This document shows, piece by piece, positions 18,550-27,250 of a stretch of 64,000 nt of DNA (within the stretch, counting starts at the first letter, position 1; each line of letters begins with the position of its first letter). This stretch comes from Candidatus Binataceae bacterium. GTDB lineage: Bacteria > Desulfobacterota > Binatia > Binatales > Binataceae. The notes beneath the pieces are model-generated. The model saw nothing but the letters and a program-made list of their open reading frames with translations. It made no database searches and was not told the DNA's origin. The translations under genes and the position numbers were made by a program. The DNA is taken from contig CAWCTG010000007.1 of assembly GCA_963798375.1 (NCBI GenBank), forward strand, positions 77,586 to 141,585, read 5' to 3'.

Positions 18550-19974
18550 CTAACGCCGGTCGTAGAGCTGCGCCGCATGATCGCGATCAGCCCGCAGGCG
18601 CGAGGCTGCGACAGTCCCTGCATGGCCATCGCCGCTGCCACCAACTGATCCGTGTGTTACCTGCGGGGGTAAGGCCACCCCAAATTGAGACACTACCTGG
18701 CGGGCGAGATCGGTCGCGAACCAGTACGCCGCGACGTATCCCGTAAGTAAAGCGATGAAGCTCGTTTCCTCAAGCGCGCGCACCAGCCACGGAAATGCGC
18801 GCTGGAAGTCAGTCGGCGGCGGAATCAGGAACCGGTTGAAGAGGCGGAGCGAAACCGCGCTGAGAACGTAGGCCAGCGCCGCCATCCAGACGGCTCGCGA
18901 GCTTGACAGCCCATCCGCCGCGGATGCGGCCAGTTGCACGAACGGAATAGTCAGTAACACCAGATAGTGATGCCATCCGACCGGCGACAGCATGATCGAG
19001 GCCGCGATCCACAGCGAGTAGATTCTCCAGTCGGGATCGCGGCGGTTCGCATCTGCCAGCGTCGCGCGAATAGTCATTCCAAGTACTACTATGTCCGCAA
19101 CGGCGATGCTGGCGCGTCTGATCCAATCGGTCGATGAGCCCGATGCGGTACCGGTCAATGCCCAGAAGGTCCGCGACACGAACGGTCCGAGCGAAAGATT
19201 ATCCACCCGGTTCACTATTGAATAGTCAGTGAGCCACAATGCGCCGTAAATGAAGCTGATAGTTTGCGCTAAACCCAAAGCCGCGACAGTTACCAATACT
19301 CCTGCTGCGATTCCAGCCGTCGCGAACGCAACCGCCCGCCATTTTTGGCGAATGACAAAATAGCCGACCAGCAGGAGCGGGTATGCTCGCAACAGCCCGG
19401 CCGATGCGATCAGCAAGCCTGCAGTGCCGTCGCGCTCGCGTTCCATCGAGCGCATCGCGCCCACCATCAGAGCCAGGACTATCAGCTGCGATTGTCCCCA
19501 ATAAAAATTCAAATTCACCGGCGCCGACATCAGAATCAGTCCCGCCAGCAACCACGCCGTGCGCCCGGAAAGCCCGCGTCGATGCGCAAGCAACAGGTAC
19601 ATCGCGATTGCCAATGCCGAAAAGTTGATCGCGGTCCAGATCCAGAATGCGACCCACGGCCGCATCCAGGTGAGAGGTTCGAAGCAAAGTAGGAACGGCG
19701 GCGTCTCGGAAGCGTGAAGCAGCCCGCCGGTCTCCAGACCGAGCTGGGCGCCGACCGGCATCAAAACCGTGGCATATGGATCGATTCCGTGGCGGAGCGC
19801 CCACGCTGATTCGTAATAGTTCGAGAAGTCGCGGCGGTGCCACTGCGCGGGCATCTTCGTCAAAGTGCCCGCCAACATCAGGAGCGCGCAGATCCAGACC
19901 ACGGTCAGGATCGCCGGCTGACGTATCGCGGCCGCGATTCGTTCGCTGTCCACGCCCAAGTATGGGCAAACCAC
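18550..19974 (-). CDS. GT87/DUF2029-family membrane glycosyltransferase (polyprenol-phosphate-mannose-dependent mannosyltransferase-like)
   Basis: 474 aa, many TM helices, DUF2029-like profile. Contains repeat copy C at 18705..18744. The C-terminal 40 aa after the repeat look non-native. Confidence 0.65.
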   Translation of the reverse strand: MVCPYLGVDSERIAAAIRQPAILTVVWICALLMLAGTLTKMPAQWHRRDFSNYYESAWALRHGIDPYATVLMPVGAQLGLETGGLLHASETPPFLLCFEPLTWMRPWVAFWIWTAINFSALAIAMYLLLAHRRGLSGRTAWLLAGLILMSAPVNLNFYWGQSQLIVLALMVGAMRSMERERDGTAGLLIASAGLLRAYPLLLVGYFVIRQKWRAVAFATAGIAAGVLVTVAALGLAQTISFIYGALWLTDYSIVNRVDNLSLGPFVSRTFWALTGTASGSSTDWIRRASIAVADIVVLGMTIRATLADANRRDPDWRIYSLWIAASIMLSPVGWHHYLVLLTIPFVQLAASAADGLSSSRAVWMAALAYVLSAVSLRLFNRFLIPPPTDFQRAFPWLVRALEETSFIALLTGYVAAYWFATDLARQVVSQFGVALPPQVTHGSVGGSGDGHAGTVAASRLRADRDHAAQLYDRR

Positions 19975-20227
19975 GGCCTGCGAGACTACAAAATCGCTCG
20001 GGCAGCGCGTTATCTGGAGAACTCAAAATCGGTTTGAGTCAAAGCCGCAAATCCATGGCCCGCGCTGACGCGGCGCTTTTGAACAGCTCGGCGAGATCAC
20101 CCGATCGATTGGGCGCTCGGTTGGGGCTGGATCCCTCGACTGTCCGAAAGGTGCGAATCAGAGCACGGAGGCATCAGCAGCCGAAGGGTCAGCCGCCGCT
20201 CGGGCGGCATCAAACCCTTCGAATAAT

Positions 20228-20575
20228 TCAGGGAGCCAAGAAATTTCGCGCCGCCACCGACTGCGCTGCGATTCTCGGAGAGGGAGGTCGGGGAAGCGGC
20301 CAAGTCCATCGCCTGGCCGGAAACGGCGGTTGCGGCACTCCCACCGCGATTATGGGGGCGGAAGCAGCGGACGGAATTTGCGGTTCGCTCTTTGGGGTCC
20401 GAACAGCCTCAGGAGCCCGATCAAAGTCGTCTGGAAGGACCTTTTGAATCTCTTTGTACGCATCCCGTTGAATGCGCGCGCGCTGCGCCCGGTACTTGCG
20501 TTGCTCAAGCGATAGTTTCGCGGCCAGTGCGAAGGCCGCTTTGCTTGCCGCGCGCTGTTTGGAAGATCGCTTCAT
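20228..20575 (-). CDS. hypothetical small basic protein
   Basis: The N-terminal 60 aa are protein-like (MKRSSKQRAASKAAFALAAKLSLEQRKYRAQRARIQRDAYKEIQKVL); the tail is low complexity. Confidence 0.3.
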   Translation of the reverse strand: MKRSSKQRAASKAAFALAAKLSLEQRKYRAQRARIQRDAYKEIQKVLPDDFDRAPEAVRTPKSEPQIPSAASAPIIAVGVPQPPFPARRWTWPLPRPPSPRIAAQSVAARNFLAP

Positions 20576-20681
20576 TGGAGACTCTGATACTACTTGTAAA
20601 GGGCCGGCGAGGAGACTTCAATCGGATCGTGTCCTTCGGCGCAACTGCTTGTCACCGTGCTTTCGGCAGGGAGAGTGAATC

Positions 20682-21023
20682 ATGATCAGGAAACTGCTTC
20701 TCGTCGGAATGTTGCTGGCGTTCGCAGGCACGGCTCATGCTCAGGGGGCGTTCGGCGACCCCAACGCCTGGAGCGGCGTACCCGGCGAGGTTCCGCCTGC
20801 TCTGCAAGAGCGCTTGCAGCCAGGCTCGACCTACCACGGCAATCTGAGCGCCAATCCCTTCGACCCGAACTCGACCTCGAATCCATACGGACGGTATGGG
20901 AGCCCCCTCTCGCCAGACAGCATCAACAATCCCTACGGGAGATACGGCAGCCCGTACTCGCCGGACAGTCCCAATAATCCCTATGGACACGGACTGCCCC
21001 TCGGAGGTGAAAACGATCGGTGA
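20682..21023 (+). CDS. secreted repeat protein (NPYGRYGSP(L/Y)SPDS(I/P)NNPYG repeats)
   Basis: Signal peptide MIRKLLLVGMLLAFAGTAHAQGA, then imperfect 15-aa repeats. Confidence 0.5.
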   Translation: MIRKLLLVGMLLAFAGTAHAQGAFGDPNAWSGVPGEVPPALQERLQPGSTYHGNLSANPFDPNSTSNPYGRYGSPLSPDSINNPYGRYGSPYSPDSPNNPYGHGLPLGGENDR

Positions 21024-21105
21024 AGCATTGCGACGGTGATTGACTCAGGGGTGAGTAACGGTCTGACGAACAAGCGTGTGATGGCGCCTCAAAAGGGAAA
21101 AGTAG

Positions 21106-21492
21106 ATGAATCTCCGACACGCTGCCGCGCTCGTGCTTGTGGGCTGGTATCTGATGATTCCGCCAGCTTCGGAACTGCCGCGAAGTGAGAACGGCTCGAT
21201 CACTTCCGCTCTCTTTTCCAGTCATTGCTGCTATCTGCCAACGGCAACCGTCGGCCAGCTAATGAGCCTGATGACAACCGGCGATGAAGAGCCCGTCTTT
21301 TCTGCCGATTGGATCACTATGGCGTCGTTTGAAAAGCTCGACGAATGCGAAGCACAAATATCCCGGTTGCTAAAGCCGTTCGACGGCATCAAGGAAAAGA
21401 AGGCATCGGAAGTGTCACCATCCATCAGCCAGCGTGCGATGCGCTACGCGGCTGCGAACTGCATCGCGACCGACGATCCGCGCCTCAAGTGA
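21106..21492 (+). CDS. small signal-anchored protein of the LVGWYLMxPP...CIATDDPRLK family (paralog 1)
   Basis: MNLRHAAALVLVGWYLMIPP...CIATDDPRLK; RBS GGAAAAGTAGATG. Confidence 0.55.
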   Translation: MNLRHAAALVLVGWYLMIPPASELPRSENGSITSALFSSHCCYLPTATVGQLMSLMTTGDEEPVFSADWITMASFEKLDECEAQISRLLKPFDGIKEKKASEVSPSISQRAMRYAAANCIATDDPRLK

Positions 21493-21800
21493 ACGAAGTG
21501 AACCCCCGCCCCGCCGCCGCGCTCGCGCTTGTGGGCTGGTATCTGATGGTGCCGCCTGTCATCAAGACCAATAGCGCCGAATACAGCGGATACAAGGCAG
21601 ACTTCGATTCCCCGCTATCGCGATGGCAGGTTAACTCCGCTTTCGATTCCGCGTCCGCCTGCAACTCGCTCTCGGCAGCATTGGTATTTAAAGGGGAACG
21701 CGACATGAAAAAGACTCATGGTCTTGATTGGGCAATCGCCCAATCGCTCACTCAGAACCAATGCATCGCGACCGACGATCCCCGGCTCAAGGAAAAGTAG
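21489..21800 (+). CDS. paralog 2 of the same small-protein family (GTG start overlapping the paralog-1 stop)
   Basis: ...PAAALALVGWYLMVPP...PLSRWQVNSAFDSASAC...QCIATDDPRLKEK. Confidence 0.5.
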   Translation: MNEVNPRPAAALALVGWYLMVPPVIKTNSAEYSGYKADFDSPLSRWQVNSAFDSASACNSLSAALVFKGERDMKKTHGLDWAIAQSLTQNQCIATDDPRLKEK

Positions 21801-21801
21801 A

Positions 21802-22101
21802 ATGAATCTCCGCCACGCTGCCGCGCTCGCGCTCGGCTGTGCTCTGCTGTCAGGTTGTTGGGCTGAAGTCAAAGAAGCAGCCCTGACAGCAGACGATCCT
21901 TGCCGATCGGTAACTCCTGGCGGCAGCAGGATTACAACCTGCGAGCAGCTTCGCGCGGTTTCCAACAAAAACGCATTGCTCGACGATTATCGAAAATGTG
22001 TGGACGCGAACGCCAAAGACCCGACGCGGTGTTCGGCCATCTTGCAGGGTTTGAACGCTTATAGTGTCAACGTCGGTGAGAATCAGACTCCGACAAAATA
22101 A
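21802..22101 (+). CDS. small lipoprotein-like protein sharing the RBS and first 9 codons (MNLRHAAAL) with paralog 1 but then diverging (4 Cys)
   Basis: Identical 5' module GGAAAAGTAGAATGAATCTCCGCCACGCTGCCGCGCTCG, then LGCALLSGC as a lipobox-like segment. Confidence 0.5.
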   Translation: MNLRHAAALALGCALLSGCWAEVKEAALTADDPCRSVTPGGSRITTCEQLRAVSNKNALLDDYRKCVDANAKDPTRCSAILQGLNAYSVNVGENQTPTK

Positions 22102-22528
22102 GACACTCGCTGATCCAAACTCAGACAGTCGCCCTCAAATTAAGTCAGTGCCAACTGGCGCACCTCGCGGTGCCGGCCGCGCTCGCGGCGCAGTGGGTTG
22201 CACGCGCGCGCCGGCTGCGACGATTTCGGCTCGATGCGCTCGCCTTGTCTTGCGCTCCGTTCAAAAGGCGAGGGCGACGTGAGGCGTGGGGAGGCGATTC
22301 AACGCTTGCAGATCGTCAGCCTTCGAGTCGAACGTCAGAAAAAAATTTTGCGCTGACATTCGAGGCGCGGGTCAGCGGCGATCGCAAGAACCAAAAGGGG
22401 GGTCGCTGGGGGGAGGGAACACCGGAACCTGCACAAGACCCGCACAATTCGCGCACAATAGTGCTTGAAATAAATTCGACGATTGGTCGCAGCCTTCTGG
22501 AAGTCATTGATTTAGCGCGATTGTTCAT

Positions 22529-22614
22529 TGGTGCCGAGAGCGGGACTTGAACCCGCACGTGGTTGCCCACGGAGGATTTTGAGTCCTCTGCGTCTGCCAT
22601 TCCGCCACCTCGGC
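22529..22614 (-). tRNA. tRNA-Leu (anticodon CAA), class II long variable arm, CCA encoded
   Basis: Reverse complement reads GCCGAGGTGGCGGAATGGCAGACGCAGAGGACTCAAAATCCTCCGTGGGCAACCACGTGCGGGTTCAAGTCCCGCTCTCGGCACCA. Anticodon loop CUCAAAA. T-arm GGTTCAAGTCC. Confidence 0.85.
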
Positions 22615-22903
22615 ACTCGAAGAAACCGCAGACCCAAGCCGGGTCATCTTAAGCAATGGCGGCGCCGCCGGCAATGGCGACTGGAGAGCGCCGACCCCAC
22701 GCATCGATCGCGACCCGCGGGATTCGATCATGCATCCAATTCCGACGGACTGCGCGACGCGGTGACCGGGATAGCCAATCGACGGCGACTGCCGCAGCAC
22801 AATGACGGTCATAAGTTAGTATTGCTATGAATACTAAGTACGATTCTCAATTATATTTCGCGATTGTTTGCTTGGTACAGTATCACGTGCGCACTATATA
22901 TTC

Positions 22904-23572
22904 ATGGAAGCAGTTGCCGCTCGCATTTCCGCGCCGGTCGCCGATCCGCAACCGCATGTCACAACCGCAGGCCTAAGGCACGCTCTCGGCAACTGTTTGC
23001 TGGCGGTGTCGTTCTTACTCGCGACGATCCCGGCCGCGCGCGAACTCAGCTTCAGCCTGGCGGGAGCCGCGAACCTGGTATGGCTGACGGGCGCCGCGAT
23101 CATGGCCGTCATGTCGTTCGCGCGATTTGCCCCGCGCACCTCGACCGTAAATCTGCGCACGCTGGCCGCATCCGGCGGCATGCTAATCCTCCCGTGTCTA
23201 ATGCGTCCGACAAGTCCATCTGCCGGCGCGCTCGCGACGACCGGACTTATTTTCGAGTTGCTCGGCATCGGGCTGAGCCAGGTCGCGCGCGTCTATATGG
23301 GCCGCAGCTTCGGTGTGTTGCCGGCGAACCGTGGAATCGTGTCGAAGGGGCCGTTTCGATGGGTTCGACATCCCATATATTTCGGATGGCTGATACTTTC
23401 GATTGGCTATGCGATGTCCTATCCGAGCGACCGCAACATTATGCTGATCGCGACGACGCTCCCCTTAATGGTCTGGCGAATCGGTCAGGAAGAAGGACAT
23501 TTGAGCGCGGATCCCGAGTACCGTCGCTACATGGATCGGGTCCGGTACCGTTTGTGGCCCGGGGTGGTTTGA
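22904..23572 (+). CDS. isoprenylcysteine carboxyl methyltransferase (ICMT/PEMT) family membrane methyltransferase
   Basis: C-terminal RHPIYFGWLILSIGYAM motif typical of the ICMT/phospholipid methyltransferase family. Start uncertain. Confidence 0.65.
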   Translation: MEAVAARISAPVADPQPHVTTAGLRHALGNCLLAVSFLLATIPAARELSFSLAGAANLVWLTGAAIMAVMSFARFAPRTSTVNLRTLAASGGMLILPCLMRPTSPSAGALATTGLIFELLGIGLSQVARVYMGRSFGVLPANRGIVSKGPFRWVRHPIYFGWLILSIGYAMSYPSDRNIMLIATTLPLMVWRIGQEEGHLSADPEYRRYMDRVRYRLWPGVV

Positions 23573-23648
23573 GCCGAGGTTTGATGCCGGGGCGCCGGCG
23601 AGGCCGGTGTGCGCCGCGCATAGCGCTCGTTGGCCGCCGCAGCGGCGA

Positions 23649-25064
23649 TTATCTGAGCGGCGCGGTCGCTCGATTCGGATCGTCGCGGTAAAGCGCCAGC
23701 GTCACGACGAACGCGCAGCCGCCGTTGGGAAGATTCGCGGCTGCGATCTCGCCGCCATGCGCGCGGGCAATTTCCCGGCACAGGCTCAAGCCCAGGCCGC
23801 TGCCTTCGCCGGGCGACCCTGCGCCGCGAAAAAATCGATCGAAAATATGCGGCAGATCCGCCGGATGGATTCCCTCCCCGGTGTCGGCGACGCGGATAAT
23901 CGCCCGATTCGAATCGCTCCTCAGCCCGACTTCGATCGATCCATCCGCCGGGGTGAACTTCAAGGCGTTGTCGAGCAGATTGACGAACAGGCGGCGCAGA
24001 TGCGCCGCGTTGCCATTGACGAAAACGTCCTCGGGCGCGTTGACCGAAAGCTTGATCTCGCGCGCCTGCGCCAGCGGTCCGACCGTCGCCGCTATCTCGC
24101 TCAGCAGCGCGCGCAGATTCAGCCGCTGCCGATCGACCATTACTTCGCCGTTGAGCCGCGACAGCATCAGCAGTTCGTCGGCAATCTTGCACAGCGACAG
24201 CGCCTCGCGATGCGCCGCCCCAAGTGCGGCGCGATTCTCCTCGGCCGAGCGATCGCGCGCGAGCGCTACTTCCAGCCCCGTGCGCAGCACCGCCAGCGGC
24301 GTCCGCATTTCATGCGCGGCGTCGGATGCGAATCTGCGCTCCGTAGCCGACGCGCGCTCCAGGCGCTCCAGGAGTGCGTTGATGACGGCAGTGAGCCGTG
24401 CGACTTCATCGGCCACCGGCGGGGCGGTCAGCCGCGAGCCCAGATTCGCCGGCCCGATTGCGTCGAGCTCCGCCGTCACCGATTCAATCGGCCGCAGCGC
24501 GCGGCCCGCCAGCAAGTATCCTCCACCGACGCAAAGCAGCAGCACGATCGGCAGCATCAGCAGCAGGAGGTTGCGAAGGTTGTCAACCGACTCCTGAACC
24601 AGGCGCACCTGCACCCCGCTTTGCAGGTACGCGAGCTGGCCGTCGTAGAGCATCGGAACGACCGCGAACCTGAAGGCGCGGTTGCCGACAATCGCGGCGT
24701 GGGTGGGGAGCTTGGGGTCGAACGGCGGCGGGACAGTGTGGATGTCGCCGTAGTTTCCAACCTCGCCGTACGCGGTGACGATTCGTACGCGCCGGCCGGG
24801 CCCGATATCCGTCTCGAGGCTCAGCCGCTGCAGAATTGCCAGGGCGCCGGGCGCGCCGCTGCGCTCGATTTGATCAGCCGTGTTCTCGGCCTCTTTCAGC
24901 AGCGCCGCATCGAGACCGCTCCATTGCTGGCGTTCGAAGAGTTGTACCACTGCGATCGCCGCGGCCAGCAGGATCGCCGCCAGCACCGCGGCCCAGTAAA
25001 TGGTTAGCCTGAGTCTGATCGTCATTGGCGGCCGCCGCACGGCAACGGCAGCGCGCGGGGTCAT
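23649..25064 (-). CDS. two-component sensor histidine kinase (HAMP + HisKA + HATPase)
   Basis: FASDAAHEMRTPL is the H-box. GEGIHPADLPHIFDRFFRG...GSGLGLSL are the N/G boxes. ATGA overlap with the upstream response regulator stop. Confidence 0.85.
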   Translation of the reverse strand: MTPRAAVAVRRPPMTIRLRLTIYWAAVLAAILLAAAIAVVQLFERQQWSGLDAALLKEAENTADQIERSGAPGALAILQRLSLETDIGPGRRVRIVTAYGEVGNYGDIHTVPPPFDPKLPTHAAIVGNRAFRFAVVPMLYDGQLAYLQSGVQVRLVQESVDNLRNLLLLMLPIVLLLCVGGGYLLAGRALRPIESVTAELDAIGPANLGSRLTAPPVADEVARLTAVINALLERLERASATERRFASDAAHEMRTPLAVLRTGLEVALARDRSAEENRAALGAAHREALSLCKIADELLMLSRLNGEVMVDRQRLNLRALLSEIAATVGPLAQAREIKLSVNAPEDVFVNGNAAHLRRLFVNLLDNALKFTPADGSIEVGLRSDSNRAIIRVADTGEGIHPADLPHIFDRFFRGAGSPGEGSGLGLSLCREIARAHGGEIAAANLPNGGCAFVVTLALYRDDPNRATAPLR

Positions 25065-25741
25065 TCCGCGCGCATCGTGTATCCGACTCCGCGCACGGTG
25101 ACTATCAGCGAACGATCGGCGCGCGGATCGATCTTCTGGCGCAGCCGATTGACGAATACTTCGATCAGGTTGGTCAGCGAGTTGTAATTCGAATCCCAAA
25201 CCGTCTCCGCGATCATGTCGCGCGTCACCACCTGGCCGGCGTTTCGCATCAGTAATTCGAGCAGCATCTTTTCCTTCGGCGACAGGTTCAGATTATGCTC
25301 GCCGATTTTCGCGCGCCGCTTGACGGTGTCGAATTCCAGCTCGCCGACTTTGAGAATCGGCGATGCCGGCGCCCGCGGACGCCGCGCCAGCGCCTTGATT
25401 CTCGCCACCAGCTCGGCAAACGCGAACGGCTTGGTCAGGTAGTCGTCGCCGCCGCTGTCGAGTCCGGCCACGCGTTCTTCGAGCGATCCGCGCGCGGTCA
25501 GGATCAACACCGGCGTCTGATTGCCCGCCGCGCGCATCTCGCGCAGCAGCTCCAGTCCACTTTTTCCCGGCAACCCAAGGTCCAGGACGATCAGATCGGG
25601 CGCGCCGCGCGCGATGGTCGCTCCCGCCTCCTCCGCACTGCCGGCGATTTCGACCGTAAAGTCTTCTTCGACCAGTCCCTGCTTGACCGCATTGGCCAAC
25701 CGGGCCTCGTCCTCGATCAGCAGAATGCGCAGCGCGTTCAT
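25061..25741 (-). CDS. OmpR-family DNA-binding response regulator
   Basis: MNALRILLIEDE...DLIVLDLGLPGKSG receiver domain, then a winged-helix C-terminus LIVTVRGVGY. Confidence 0.9.
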   Translation of the reverse strand: MNALRILLIEDEARLANAVKQGLVEEDFTVEIAGSAEEAGATIARGAPDLIVLDLGLPGKSGLELLREMRAAGNQTPVLILTARGSLEERVAGLDSGGDDYLTKPFAFAELVARIKALARRPRAPASPILKVGELEFDTVKRRAKIGEHNLNLSPKEKMLLELLMRNAGQVVTRDMIAETVWDSNYNSLTNLIEVFVNRLRQKIDPRADRSLIVTVRGVGYTMRAE

Positions 25742-25967
25742 ACCCTCCGATGCTGGCACGGCGGCGCATCCAAAAAAAGCGATGCGCCCGCCCCCTCAGA
25801 TCGCAATAGACGGGATTCGCGCCGTCACCGACGCGCGCCAGCCCGGATCGAGCACGTTCGCAGGCTACTCAGTGGATGCAGGTCGCGCTCGACTTCGTGA
25901 AATTGTTGCCGGTCCAATCGTTGCGATAACAATCCTTGTTTTCATCGAGCGCATCGTCGTCATTGCT

Positions 25968-26540
25968 TCAGCGCGCTTGCGAAGTTGGAGCAGGGCGATT
26001 CGCCGGCAGCCGGCACAGCCCGTCGCTCTCGATCTGAAAAGCCCAGTTGAACCGCGCGTGTAGATTCTCGAGCGCGATCGCGGCGGTCAGGTCCACCAGC
26101 GCTCGATCGTCGAAATGACGCCGGAGTTCGGCGAACAGTTGGTCGGACACTTCGACCGGCGTTCGCGTCATTTCTTCGGCGTATCGAATCGCGGCGCGTT
26201 CGGCGGGCGTGAAGAGCGGATTCTCGTCGTAAGTGTCGAGAGCGGCGAGAGTCTCTTCGGAGACCCCGAGCCGCATCGCGATCGCGGAACCTATATCGAT
26301 ACAGAAACTGCAGCCGATCAGTTGAGCGGCGCGGATGCTGGCGAGATTCTTGGTTCGCGGCGCGACCGCCTTGGAGTGCTCGACTGCCTGAGCGAGGCCG
26401 GCCAGTCCGAGCGTAATCGCAGGCCGATATGCCCACACCTTGAATGGGCTCAGCACCTTGCCGAACCGCCGCCTCATCATTCCGTACAGCGGCCGCAGCG
26501 TCCAACTGACCTGATTCTTTTCGAGTCCCTGAATTCTCAT
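25968..26540 (-). CDS. carboxymuconolactone decarboxylase family protein (AhpD-like)
   Basis: AhpD-like fold signature around AAQLIGCSFCIDIG. Confidence 0.7.
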   Translation of the reverse strand: MRIQGLEKNQVSWTLRPLYGMMRRRFGKVLSPFKVWAYRPAITLGLAGLAQAVEHSKAVAPRTKNLASIRAAQLIGCSFCIDIGSAIAMRLGVSEETLAALDTYDENPLFTPAERAAIRYAEEMTRTPVEVSDQLFAELRRHFDDRALVDLTAAIALENLHARFNWAFQIESDGLCRLPANRPAPTSQAR

Positions 26541-26550
26541 CGTGGATTAC

Positions 26551-26991
26551 CTACTTTGCCTGAGCCGGCCGCATGAACGAGTTCTTCACGCCGGCCGATT
26601 GGCTATAGAGGATGGCAAGGATCGCGATTAGTACGAGCGTCGGAAAGTAGATACCCAGTAGCTCGGTCACAAGATGCTCGGTCGAGAGCAGGCCCGCGGC
26701 ATGTGAGTATATGTGCAGAGCGGAATGCATCACGCCAGCGACCGCGGCAACGACGACAGCGATTGCGTTGCGGCGCGGATTCACAGCGGCGGCTGCGAGT
26801 CCCCCGCCGACGGCGAGGAAAAACGTCCCGCCGTCCATCACTAGGTGCATATTGAACGGTCCGGTCTCTGGCACGCCCGGCACCAGCCGGAAAAACCACG
26901 CGGCGGGGAAGAAGAACATCTCGATCCCGTTGACGATGTCCATCGCGGCCAGGATCCACAGAATCGGGACGATCCAGCGGGGCAGGGTGGA
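26551..26991 (-). CDS. membrane protein of unknown function
   Basis: MNSTLPRWIVPILWILAAMDIV...; 4 predicted TM helices. Confidence 0.45.
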   Translation of the reverse strand, partial: STLPRWIVPILWILAAMDIVNGIEMFFFPAAWFFRLVPGVPETGPFNMHLVMDGGTFFLAVGGGLAAAAVNPRRNAIAVVVAAVAGVMHSALHIYSHAAGLLSTEHLVTELLGIYFPTLVLIAILAILYSQSAGVKNSFMRPAQAK

Positions 26992-26993
26992 GT

Positions 26994-27239
26994 TCATGTT
27001 GCACCTCGCGTGGGCGCGCGACGCGGAAACCGGACCGGACGCACGTGCGAATAGATCGAAATCGAGAGCGAAACGGACGCCATCAGCAGAAGCAGGAACT
27101 CGAAAATCCTGGCGGTGCTTGCGACATTGAAATACCGGAGCGCGAGGCCGATCGGTATCGCGGCCATCGCCGATTCCATGAGCGTCACGCCGATAGTGAC
27201 TGCGAAACTTATCGCGCGAAGTTTTATTGGCCACGACAT
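26994..27239 (-). CDS. small membrane protein
   Basis: MSWPIKLRAISFAVTIGVTLMESAMAAIPIGLALRYF... is hydrophobic, about 81 aa. Confidence 0.35.
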   Translation of the reverse strand: MSWPIKLRAISFAVTIGVTLMESAMAAIPIGLALRYFNVASTARIFEFLLLLMASVSLSISIYSHVRPVRFPRRAPTRGAT

Positions 27240-27250
27240 CGCGATTTCCT

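Noticed and set aside
19226-20026. 266-aa ORF on the minus strand overlapping the GT87 gene
   Set aside because: It is an alternative frame of the GT87 gene with an R/G-rich junk composition typical of high-GC off-frame ORFs.
22064-22600. Four small ORFs between the small-protein family and tRNA-Leu
   Set aside because: They are Arg-rich and overlapping, with no RBS and no protein-like composition, so the region is treated as non-coding.
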